The notes under the pieces were generated by a model. That model saw only the letters and a list, made by a program, of their open reading frames with translations, had not been told where the DNA came from and did not search any database. This document shows positions 53,603 through 62,042 of a DNA stretch of 64,000 bases, piece after piece. The number at the start of each line of letters is the position of its first letter. The first letter of the stretch is position 1. The translations under genes and the position numbers were made by a program. The DNA is from Elusimicrobia bacterium RIFOXYA12_FULL_51_18 (GTDB taxonomy: Bacteria > Elusimicrobiota > Elusimicrobia > Elusimicrobiales > UBA9959), in the NCBI GenBank assembly GCA_001800245.1, contig MGVA01000008.1, positions 2,702 to 66,701 of the forward strand, in the 5' to 3' direction.

Positions 53603-54709
53603 TTAGATAAAGTTCTTATGCATAGGCTCTTCCTTGGGACTAGGGGGAAGCCTCCCCCCTTTTTCCTTCACTTCCCAGAGGAATTCGTTGACCTTATGCT
53701 GGAGGCAAAGCGTGCCGCACATGGTGCGGGCGTCGAATTTTTCGGAGGCTATCAAGTCCATGACCTCCCAATACCTGTCGCTCTTCCAGATATCCTTAAA
53801 ACGTTTTTCAGCGATATTCCCAATGTGGTACTTCATATATTTATCATTGAAGAGCATACCGCAGGGCGCGACCAGCCCGGAACCCGAAAGCTGGATTATA
53901 AAAGGAGGGCCGAAACATTTGGAATAGCACCGGCCGCCGCCGCTCATGATCTTGGACCATTTGGCCTTGACCAGGTATTTTTCGGTCGAAAGCGCTTCGG
54001 CCTCTTTAAGCAGGCCTTCCATGGCGAAATATTTGGAGTAATCCACATTCAGTACGCCGGTCTCGTCGTCGCTGCAGTGCTTTATGACCAGGTAATCCAC
54101 TCCCAGTTCCTTCCCGAGGCGCGCCAGCGGCAGGACCTGGTCGGCGAACTGCGGCATGAGCACCATCTGCAGCCCTATAGTGACGGGGAGGCGGCGTTTT
54201 TTCTTAACGGCCACGCATTTGCGGATAGTTTCCAGGACCTTATCGTAAGCCTCGGGCTTGCAACCCATTATTTCGGCATAACGCGCGCGCTCGCCGGCCG
54301 AGATATTGAACCGCAGGTAGGTCAGGTCCGGGAGCAACTCGTCCAGCTTGTCGTCCCTGAGCAGGTATCCGTTGGTGCCCAGCGCCATATCAAGGCCTTT
54401 TGCTTTGCCGTACGCTACGGCGTCGTACAGGTGCGGTGAGCAGGTGGATTCTCCGTCGCTTACAAAACTTATGGCTTTCACGCCTATTTCGGCGGCGTCG
54501 TCCAGAAAATTAAAAATTACTTCTTTGGTCATTTTCTTCACGTCGTTGGTCTGCAGTTGGCCGTAGCAATAGACGCATTTATAATTGCAGGCCCGTGTCA
54601 GAGAACAGTCCATTGTGATAGGCGCTATGCGTTCGCCGCGCAGCCATGCCTCAACCCTTTCGCAATGCCAGGCGAGCTTGTGTCCGTCCAGGATCATATT
54701 TTCAGTCAT
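53603..54709 (-). CDS. Radical SAM protein, paralog of 57571..58638
   Basis: DGHKLAWHCERVEAWLRGERIAPI...LTRACNYKCVYCYG (CxxxCxxC), C-terminal Cys residues, ends ...MHKNFI. Confidence 0.75.
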   Translation of the reverse strand: MTENMILDGHKLAWHCERVEAWLRGERIAPITMDCSLTRACNYKCVYCYGQLQTNDVKKMTKEVIFNFLDDAAEIGVKAISFVSDGESTCSPHLYDAVAYGKAKGLDMALGTNGYLLRDDKLDELLPDLTYLRFNISAGERARYAEIMGCKPEAYDKVLETIRKCVAVKKKRRLPVTIGLQMVLMPQFADQVLPLARLGKELGVDYLVIKHCSDDETGVLNVDYSKYFAMEGLLKEAEALSTEKYLVKAKWSKIMSGGGRCYSKCFGPPFIIQLSGSGLVAPCGMLFNDKYMKYHIGNIAEKRFKDIWKSDRYWEVMDLIASEKFDARTMCGTLCLQHKVNEFLWEVKEKGGRLPPSPKEEPMHKNFI

Positions 54710-55496
54710 TTGTTTTCTCTCCGCGCCGCGCGGCAGTCTGGGAGTCCGCCGGGAATGCGGCTTCCCGCGCGGAACCGGACGCGCGCATATCTGCTACCAG
54801 ACGCAGATAACCCCGCACGACCTGTATAAAACTGGGGAAGCTCACGGCTTTGGATACCCCGCTTGAACGGGCGCCGAGCCGGTACGGGACTTCCGCAAAA
54901 AGATAGCCTTCTTTTACGGAGCGCACAAGGATATCCGTCTGAAAGAAAAACCCGGTGGAATGGCGCTTTAATCCGCGCAACATGGACCGTCTGTAGATCA
55001 CCGTGCCGTTGGTATAGTTGAAATTAACCAGGAACGTTGTATTGATGATGAACCGGTAAAAGAAGGACAGCGCATTGCGCGCCAGAGACCGCGCCTGTTT
55101 ATTAAACACGAAAGGGATCACGATATCCACATGCGTAAGAAGGGGATAATACCTGAATATCTCCCACGGATCATTTTCATTATCGCCGGGCAGCATTACC
55201 ACGGCGGAGCCGCGGGCGGCCTCCACGCCGTCCCAGAAAGACGCGCCTATGCCGCAGGGAGCCGGATGGTCTATCAGGCGCACCCGGGCGTCGCGGGAAG
55301 CCTGCTCCCGCACTATTTCGGAAGTGCGGTCCCGCGACCCGTCGTTTATGACCACAAGTTCGCCTTTTAGGGAACAATCATCCATGGCCAGCAGGGTATT
55401 GGCCATCGCGGCGCCGATATTGCGCTCCTCGTTGAGCGCGGGCATGATAACGCTTATCTCCGGGGCGTAGGCGTTTTCGTTCGGGGCGGTATTCAT
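54702..55496 (-). CDS. Glycosyltransferase family 2, DPM1/ArnC-like polyprenyl-phosphate glycosyltransferase
   Basis: The ATG at 55496 forms an ATGA overlap with the E1-beta stop. ISVIMPALNEERNIG, LVVINDGSRDRT, MLPGDNEND. No C-terminal TM segments. Confidence 0.75.
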   Translation of the reverse strand: MNTAPNENAYAPEISVIMPALNEERNIGAAMANTLLAMDDCSLKGELVVINDGSRDRTSEIVREQASRDARVRLIDHPAPCGIGASFWDGVEAARGSAVVMLPGDNENDPWEIFRYYPLLTHVDIVIPFVFNKQARSLARNALSFFYRFIINTTFLVNFNYTNGTVIYRRSMLRGLKRHSTGFFFQTDILVRSVKEGYLFAEVPYRLGARSSGVSKAVSFPSFIQVVRGYLRLVADMRASGSAREAAFPADSQTAARRGEKTND

Positions 55497-56530
55497 AATC
55501 TGCAAATCTCTCTGGCTGCGGCGACAATATCATCTTTGCCGCGGTAATAGGCGTTTTCCAGGACCTGGGAGGCAGGCACAGGCGTATCCGGCATGCACAC
55601 CAGGCGCACAGGCGCCTTAAGGTCGTGCCAGGCCTTCTCCGCGGCCGCGGCGGCGATATTGCAGGCGAACGAGCCGGTCCGGCTGCCGGTGTCGGCCACA
55701 ATAAGACGGCCGGTTTTCTTGATCGAAGCGAAGATCATCTCCTCGTCGAGCGGTTTTATGGTCCGGGGATCTATCACCTCAGCGTCGATGCCTTCCGCGG
55801 CAAGCTCCCGTGCCGCCTTGATGGCTTCGTAAACCATAAGCGAGAGCGCCACGATGGTGATATCTTTGCCTTCCCTGCGGACTACTCCCTTTCCCAGGGG
55901 AATAGCGTACTTTTCCGCCGGCACATAACCGGTAAAATCGTAAAGCCATCTATGCTCAAAACAAAGCACCGGATTCCCGTCGGCCGAAGCGGAAATGAGC
56001 AGGCCCTTGGCGTCATACGGCACCGCCGGCATTATCACCTTAAGGCCGGGGATATGGGCGAATAAAGCGTGCAGAGCCTGGGAATGCTGGGCTGCGGAGC
56101 CCCACCCCCTTCCGGTTATGCTCCTGATGATCATCGGCACGCCCACCTTCCCGCCGGTCATATAACTCCATTTGGCGGCGTGATTGACTATCAGGTCCAT
56201 GCACATGGGCAGAAAATCAACGCGCATATGAATAAAAATAGGCCGCATACCGGCTATGGCCGCGCCCATGGCTATGCCAGTAAGGCCGTTCTCCGCGATG
56301 GGCATATCGAGAACGCGCCCGGGAAATTTACGATGCAGGTTAAGTGTTGAGCCGAATACCCCGCCGGGATCGTCTATCCCTTCTCCGATAAGGAAAACGG
56401 AAGGATCCGACTCCAGCAGCTGTTCCTGGCCTTCGCGCAAAGCGTCGCGATAGGACAGACCTCTCAGCCCCTGTTTCCCCAGGGTATCTTCGAAGTCGGA
56501 CTTATCGATGAGCACTTTTGTCCAGGGCAT
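55493..56530 (-). CDS. TPP-dependent 2-oxoacid dehydrogenase E1 component, beta subunit (transketolase-like)
   Basis: FLIGEGIDDPGGVFGST, DMPIAENGLTGIAMGAAIAGMRPI, HSQALHALFAHIPGLKV. Confidence 0.85.
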   Translation of the reverse strand: MPWTKVLIDKSDFEDTLGKQGLRGLSYRDALREGQEQLLESDPSVFLIGEGIDDPGGVFGSTLNLHRKFPGRVLDMPIAENGLTGIAMGAAIAGMRPIFIHMRVDFLPMCMDLIVNHAAKWSYMTGGKVGVPMIIRSITGRGWGSAAQHSQALHALFAHIPGLKVIMPAVPYDAKGLLISASADGNPVLCFEHRWLYDFTGYVPAEKYAIPLGKGVVRREGKDITIVALSLMVYEAIKAARELAAEGIDAEVIDPRTIKPLDEEMIFASIKKTGRLIVADTGSRTGSFACNIAAAAAEKAWHDLKAPVRLVCMPDTPVPASQVLENAYYRGKDDIVAAAREICRL

Positions 56531-57543
56531 CAGAATATTCCTTGGCGGTATACGTCCTTATAAAGGTCTTCCGGCAGCGGCATCTTCTCCGCCAAGGCCG
56601 CGCGCCAGGCGGCGGCTATCTCGGCGTCTATTTCTTTAAGCATGGCGTCTAAAACCGGGACCGAAAGGACGCCGCTCTTTAAAAGCGCGTTCTTAAAAAG
56701 TTTGACCGGGCAGCGTTCCATCCACTGGTCCAGTTCTTCTTTCGGCCGGCAACCCTTAAGATGGTCGCAGTCCGGCCCCACGTGGCCCTTCCAGCGGTAA
56801 GTTTTGCACTCAAGGAAAAACGGGCCGGCGCCGGAGCGGACATGGGCTATAGCCTCCACCGCCGCCTTGTGCACGGCCAGCACGTCGTTACCGTCTACTA
56901 TTACGCTCGGGATGCAATAGGCTCCGGCATGGCGAGCGATATCGGAGTGGGCCTGCCGGGCGCACAGCCGGGAATTGGTCGCATAGCCGTTGTTCTCGCA
57001 GACGAAAAGCGCAGGCAGCTTTTTAAGCGAAGAGAAATTAAGGGTTTCATGGAACAGCCCTTCCTCCGAAGCTCCGTCGCCGAAGAAGGAAACCGAGATC
57101 CTGCCGTCCCCGCGCAGAAAGGAAGCAAGCGCCGCGCCCGCGCCCAGCGGAATGGAGCCTCCGACAATGGCGGAGGTGCCCAGACAGGAGACCGACGGAT
57201 CCACCATATGCATGGACCCGCCTTTGCCTCCGGAACAGCCTCCTGCGCGGCCGTACATCTCTGCCACCATGGACGCCATCGCGGCGCCTTTCACCAGCAA
57301 ATGACCGTGGTTGCGGTGAGTGCTGAACACGTAATCTTCCCGCTTGAGATTAAGGCACACTCCGGCGGCCACAGCTTCCTGGCCGATGGAAAGATGAACC
57401 GGAGTTTTCATCTCCTGCGCGCCGTAAACCTCCACGATCTTCTCCTCGAAGCGGCGGACGCGCAGCATGGCGCGCATAAGCGCGAGTTCGGTTTCGCGCG
57501 GGACGGGATCGGCTGGAAGTTTTTTGTTTTTACTTTGCGGCAT
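56530..57543 (-). CDS. TPP-dependent 2-oxoacid dehydrogenase E1 component, alpha subunit
   Basis: RRFEEKIVEVYG, HLSIGQEAVAAG, HRNHGHLL, GGKGGSMH, FFGDGASEEGLFHETLNF...FVCENNGYA (TPP motif). Start is the ATG at 57543 or the TTG at 57561. Confidence 0.85.
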   Translation of the reverse strand: MPQSKNKKLPADPVPRETELALMRAMLRVRRFEEKIVEVYGAQEMKTPVHLSIGQEAVAAGVCLNLKREDYVFSTHRNHGHLLVKGAAMASMVAEMYGRAGGCSGGKGGSMHMVDPSVSCLGTSAIVGGSIPLGAGAALASFLRGDGRISVSFFGDGASEEGLFHETLNFSSLKKLPALFVCENNGYATNSRLCARQAHSDIARHAGAYCIPSVIVDGNDVLAVHKAAVEAIAHVRSGAGPFFLECKTYRWKGHVGPDCDHLKGCRPKEELDQWMERCPVKLFKNALLKSGVLSVPVLDAMLKEIDAEIAAAWRAALAEKMPLPEDLYKDVYRQGIF

Positions 57544-57570
57544 AAATACGGTACGAGCCAAACAACCTGG

Positions 57571-58638
57571 CTATATAAAATTCACGTGCTCGGGTGGATG
57601 GCGCAAGTCCCAAAGATAACTGTTTACCTCATCCATCCGGCAGTTAACGCGGCACTTTGAAGTATCCAGACGGTTAGCCACCATCCGGAGGGAGCGTTTA
57701 CGCTTCTCGCTTTCCCAAACCTTTTTAAAAGACGATTCCATGATGTTCCCATAGAGGAACTCTTTCTTGCCCAGGAACATGCTGCATCCCCAGACATTCC
57801 CCCCCGCGTCGATGTAGGTCCAGAACGGCAGGGCGCAGCATTTGCCGTAATGTTTGGCGGCGGCATCCCATTTCTGCATGGTTTTCATACGGAATACGAC
57901 GCTGAATGCAGGGGAAGAGTATTTTTGCAGCCGCTTGGACAACGCTTCATAATCCGCATACCGTATATTACGGTATTTGTCGGTTTTACTCTGCGGATGC
58001 TGGGAATACGGTTTAACTATCAGGTAATCCATACCTGCGGCCCTGGCGCGTTCGGCGAGGAGTTCCACTTCGCCCGCGTTTTCGGGAAGAAGCACAAGCT
58101 GCATACCGAGGGTCGTCTTATAACCCTTTCTGCGCCGCAGCCCGTCGGCATATTTCATATTGGCGAAAACTTTTTCAAAATCTTCCTGCCTGCACCCGTG
58201 GATCTTCGCGTATGTTTTTGCCGTGCCGCCGTTTATGCTTACCTTTATCCATTCCACGCTCTTAAGGCACTCATCCGCTATGGCGGGCTTGAAAAGCGCC
58301 GCGTTGGTGGTAAAAGAAACATCGATCCCGGCGGCTTTGGTTGCGTTAGTGATCTCCGCCATCCGAGGGTGGAGGAAAGGCTCCCCCTCGCCGGCATACA
58401 TTATGCTTTTCAGCCCGAGTTTCCCCATTTCGCCAAGCCGCTTTATAAGAATGCCGGCATCCAGGAACCGGGGCTTATATTCCATAAAATCAAGCGCGCA
58501 GTAAACGCACCGGTGGTTACAGGCTCCGGACGGAGAGAGCTCGGCATATATGGGATAAATATTGCGGCCGGCCAACCAATCAGTCACTCTGCCCGGATGG
58601 TAAATGAGTTTGTGCGAATCAATACGGTACTTATCCAT
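57571..58638 (-). CDS. Radical SAM protein, paralog of 53603..54709
   Basis: DSHKLIYHPGRVTDWLAGRNIYPI...SPSGACNHRCVYCALD (CxxxCxxC), C-terminal Cys residues, ends ...EHVNFI. Confidence 0.75.
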   Translation of the reverse strand: MDKYRIDSHKLIYHPGRVTDWLAGRNIYPIYAELSPSGACNHRCVYCALDFMEYKPRFLDAGILIKRLGEMGKLGLKSIMYAGEGEPFLHPRMAEITNATKAAGIDVSFTTNAALFKPAIADECLKSVEWIKVSINGGTAKTYAKIHGCRQEDFEKVFANMKYADGLRRRKGYKTTLGMQLVLLPENAGEVELLAERARAAGMDYLIVKPYSQHPQSKTDKYRNIRYADYEALSKRLQKYSSPAFSVVFRMKTMQKWDAAAKHYGKCCALPFWTYIDAGGNVWGCSMFLGKKEFLYGNIMESSFKKVWESEKRKRSLRMVANRLDTSKCRVNCRMDEVNSYLWDLRHPPEHVNFI

Positions 58639-58652
58639 AGTTTATCCGGAGA

Positions 58653-59225
58653 TCAGCGCGGCTTTATGAGCAGGTCGGAAAGATAGTGGCACAACACCGA
58701 GTGGGCAAGCTCGACCATACCGTAAGATCCGCTGTTAATGAAAATATTCACGTCCCCAAGGCGGCTTAACGGATTACCCTGCTTAAAGCCGGACATTGTA
58801 ACGCACCAGAGACCTTTAGCCTTGGCCTCCTCCACGGCGTGCAGGATATTTTCCGACCGACCCGAACTTGATACGGCCATGAGAATATCCCCTTTGTCGG
58901 AGAACATTTCCACGGGCTTGCGAAACACGTTCGGATAACCGTAATCATTGGCGACACAGGTCAGCAGCGAAGCGTCGGAGAATGATACCGCCCTGATATT
59001 GGCGTTATTCCAGAGATCGAGGACGAAATGATTAACCACCGCCGCCGAACCGCCGTTGCCGACGGCGATAACTTTAGCCGAAGTTCCGCGCAGCGCGGAG
59101 ATGCGTGCGACGACCCCGGAAACGGCGTCCGCGAAGGGCCTAGGCGCCCCGCTGTGGTCGGTGGTGACCGCCGCAGAAAGCAAAGTTCGCAGATCGGATG
59201 TATAAATGTCCAGAGAGGGAACCAT
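58653..59225 (-). CDS. SIS-domain sugar-phosphate isomerase, divergent GmhA-like
   Basis: VIAVGNGGSAAVVNHFVLDL, CVANDYGYPNVFRKPVE, LMAVSSSGRSENI. Confidence 0.7.
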   Translation of the reverse strand: MVPSLDIYTSDLRTLLSAAVTTDHSGAPRPFADAVSGVVARISALRGTSAKVIAVGNGGSAAVVNHFVLDLWNNANIRAVSFSDASLLTCVANDYGYPNVFRKPVEMFSDKGDILMAVSSSGRSENILHAVEEAKAKGLWCVTMSGFKQGNPLSRLGDVNIFINSGSYGMVELAHSVLCHYLSDLLIKPR

Positions 59226-59235
59226 AGCTGACGCC

Positions 59236-60774
59236 TCACTTTAGTATCGTAATAACCGATTTATAGAGCGGCACCGGGTCTATCGAAGACCGGTTACAGA
59301 CAATGCTTACCTTAAACGCGCCCACAAGGTTGCCCATAAGGCCGACAACCTCCATGGGAATCCCGGCAGCCACCATGGGGGCGGTTACCGAGAGAAAAGC
59401 GTCGCCAGCTCCGACGCGGTCAACAACTTTATCCGAAAAGACCGGGATCTCGAAAAAACCGGCGGAACTGTCGTACACCAGCGCGCCCAGATGTCCACGT
59501 GTGACTGCGACTTTTGCGCAACGCATATCCTTGGCGATGCGCTCTATGGCGGCTTGAATATCCCCGTATTTATCGCGCGCGGCATAGCGCATCTCCGGCT
59601 CGTCGATGCAGATATAATCCGCCCTCGGATATTTAGTAATCAGGTTATACCCGTTATTCGCCGAATTTGTCTGGGTATTTACGGCCAGGAAACGCGCCTT
59701 GCGGCAAAGCACTTCTATGATCTTATCGTCTATAAAGCCATGCCCGAAATCGGAAACAAGGACCATATCGTAACCGGCGACGGTATCCTCCAGGAAGCCC
59801 CGCACCTGGGAACTTATTTCCGGCGGCAGCGGATGGTCGTTGAAGAACTGGACCTCAAAAAGTTTATCAAGGAAGGCGGGGTCCACAAAGCGGCGTTTTG
59901 TGACGGTACAGGCGTCGGAACGGGTGAAAATTTTCGGCTCCACATTGGGTTTTAGATGGTCAAGAACATACTCCAGCTTGTCTTCCTCCGTGCCAAGGCA
60001 GGTTACCATTCTAACCTCTTTCACGAACCCCGCCGCGTGATTGGCGCAGGCAAGCACTCCGCCGGCAAAACGCTCTTCGCTGATAAACTTGGTGCAGATC
60101 ATGTTGTCTTTGGGGGCTTTTCCCAGACCGCGGCAGTAATGGTATTCATCAATAATGGTATCGCCCACCAGCAGTACCTTCATGGACGAAAGCTTCTGCA
60201 TGGCGCTTATAATGCCGTCCGCGGTGTGGGCGGCCTTGAATTTTTCCAGAAATTCTTTGGTTTGGGCCGGAAAAACGCTGAAAAATTTATTAAGCAGTTC
60301 CGTCGAACTGAAAGTGATCTCATCCGTGAAATGAAGCCGTCCGCCATTGCGTTCCACGGCCTCACGCTCATGCACAATGCCGCCGGTAATGTCCTTTTCC
60401 GGAGCAGCGTAGTCGGAACCCTTAATATAAACGCCGGGTTTAAGCAGATTGATGGTTTCCAGCGCCGTCGGCCAGGAATTGACGGCCACATAGTCAACGC
60501 ATGCCAGAGCCGCGATAGATTCCGCCCTCAAATGCTCGTTGAACACCGGCCGGCCGGGACCCTTGTTCACATACCGGTCCGGAGTGATGGTCACCACCAG
60601 AACATCGCCCTGGCCGCGTGCGGCCTCAAGGTGTTTAATATGGCCGGGATGCATCAGATCATATACGCCGTGACAATGCACCACCACTTTCCCGCCGTTT
60701 TTAAGCCGCTCTACTATGTGCGCAAGCTCTGCGATAGGGTGTATTTTAGCATGACCGCCGGAAGTGGATTTCAT
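59236..60774 (-). CDS. Bifunctional cytidylyl/adenylyl-transferase (N-terminal) + PfkB sugar kinase (C-terminal); HldE-like with reversed domain order
   Basis: N-terminal VVHCHGVYDLMHPGHIKHLEAA (HxGH nucleotidyltransferase). C-terminal ribokinase-like VLLVGDTIIDEY...DRVGAGDAF. Confidence 0.75.
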   Translation of the reverse strand: MKSTSGGHAKIHPIAELAHIVERLKNGGKVVVHCHGVYDLMHPGHIKHLEAARGQGDVLVVTITPDRYVNKGPGRPVFNEHLRAESIAALACVDYVAVNSWPTALETINLLKPGVYIKGSDYAAPEKDITGGIVHEREAVERNGGRLHFTDEITFSSTELLNKFFSVFPAQTKEFLEKFKAAHTADGIISAMQKLSSMKVLLVGDTIIDEYHYCRGLGKAPKDNMICTKFISEERFAGGVLACANHAAGFVKEVRMVTCLGTEEDKLEYVLDHLKPNVEPKIFTRSDACTVTKRRFVDPAFLDKLFEVQFFNDHPLPPEISSQVRGFLEDTVAGYDMVLVSDFGHGFIDDKIIEVLCRKARFLAVNTQTNSANNGYNLITKYPRADYICIDEPEMRYAARDKYGDIQAAIERIAKDMRCAKVAVTRGHLGALVYDSSAGFFEIPVFSDKVVDRVGAGDAFLSVTAPMVAAGIPMEVVGLMGNLVGAFKVSIVCNRSSIDPVPLYKSVITILK

Positions 60775-60897
60775 TTTTTAACGTCTCCTAAATATCGGTT
60801 TACTTTTCCTTTAAACCTTCATATTCTGTCAGACAATATCGCAGTAGATAAAAACGATTATTAAAAATCAGCCGTTATAAAATCGGGGAGAGTTCTC

Positions 60898-61779
60898 TTG
60901 CAAACAGATATAGATCTTTCCAAGCAAATAAAAGAGGTATTGAATAGAAATAATATTCAAATCGGCTCCATGAAGTTTGTTGATTCAGATACTAAGGAGA
61001 ATTTATTTGCGCAGCGCACCAAGGCAATAGTGCTGATTAACAACAAGGTGTTTGAGCGTAAAATCAATCCCCTGGCGGATGATCATACTCTTGACATCTT
61101 CGACACCCAACTGAATCCCTATCTTAAAAAAGGACAACCAGTCCTGGTTGTCCTGCCGACTGACGGCAAAAAACGCTATGTACTCCAGACTAAAATCGTC
61201 AACATTTTTATTGACCGCTTTCAACTCGTTGTCCTTGACCCAAGAGATGCAAAGCGTTTTTCTTTTTCTTCTCCGCTGGGGGTAAAAATCAGGGCCGTTT
61301 GTGAGGCGACCGCAATCCGGATTCAGACCGGCGAAGTTAGGCTCAGCCGACACATCGACGAGTCCTTGCTGGAGGTACCTGCCAGCGGGAACATACAAAG
61401 CGCACCGCCTTGCCAGGATCCACTTTTTTCAATCAAGGATATCCTTCTTAATGATGAAGGGAGCGATCAAGCCGACGATTTTGCCAAATTAGAAGGCCAA
61501 CACCCGATTGATGGCAATATCATTGATATATCCTGTGGCGGCATGTGCGTATCCTATCAGCATAGTGCAGGCGCAAGATTTTTTGTTCATCAGATGCTGG
61601 TCATGGAATGTTCCTTCGCTAATGGTTCGAAGGCCCATCCAGAAAATGAGCGGATCAATCTCTTTATTCTTGCTATCGTTAGGAGCATGAAAAGCAATCA
61701 GGACCATAAGCAGTTGAATCTGCAATTTCTTGCCGCCTTGCCTAAGACAATACAAAGCTATTGGCAATCAGAAAGCTGA
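60898..61779 (+). CDS. PilZ-domain protein (putative c-di-GMP receptor), non-canonical spacing
   Basis: TTG start with SD GGGGAGAG 5 nt upstream. RDAKR (RxxxR) at ~aa 116-120 and DISCGGMCV (DxSxxG) at ~aa 210-218. Confidence 0.55.
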   Translation: MQTDIDLSKQIKEVLNRNNIQIGSMKFVDSDTKENLFAQRTKAIVLINNKVFERKINPLADDHTLDIFDTQLNPYLKKGQPVLVVLPTDGKKRYVLQTKIVNIFIDRFQLVVLDPRDAKRFSFSSPLGVKIRAVCEATAIRIQTGEVRLSRHIDESLLEVPASGNIQSAPPCQDPLFSIKDILLNDEGSDQADDFAKLEGQHPIDGNIIDISCGGMCVSYQHSAGARFFVHQMLVMECSFANGSKAHPENERINLFILAIVRSMKSNQDHKQLNLQFLAALPKTIQSYWQSES

Positions 61780-62042
61780 CTTGTATTGATTAACTTGACG
61801 CAGGCGACTTGCTATCTGCACTCGTTTTCTCACGCTCTTGATTCATTAAGAATGTCGTTCCATACCTTTCTCAAAGGGAGTCTGGCCAGGAAGGAGTGAA
61901 TTAGCTATGCTGTATCAGGAATTCTCGGAGTCAGAAAATTCTTGAGCTGATTTTTCATCGTTCGACTGTCGGCAACATGAAATGGTGTGATATAGCGGTC
62001 ATGTTCGTTGATCTCGGAGCGGAAATCAGCGAAAGAGAAGGT

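Noticed and set aside
55493-57561. Annotating the E1 alpha/beta pair as central-metabolism pyruvate or acetoin dehydrogenase.
   Set aside because: No E2 (lipoyl acyltransferase) or E3 genes are present. The pair is translationally coupled to a GT2 and flanked by radical SAM genes. The function is left open.
59236-60774. Calling the fusion protein hldE (ADP-heptose synthase).
   Set aside because: The domain order is reversed relative to HldE. No GmhB is nearby, and the partner SIS protein is divergent. Only the general chemistry (kinase + nucleotidyltransferase) is supported.
53546-60864. Long plus-strand track ORFs (53546..54439 297 aa, 56761..57660 299 aa, 57850..58686 278 aa, 59956..60864 302 aa) that could be read as extra genes.
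   Set aside because: Each lies entirely antisense to a minus-strand ORF with strong family motifs (radical SAM, E1 alpha, PfkB fusion). Their translations are low-complexity and Arg/Gly/Pro/His-rich, as expected for antisense frames in GC-rich coding DNA. The same applies to 5755..6459, 20066..20779, 24379..25134 and 15636..16394.
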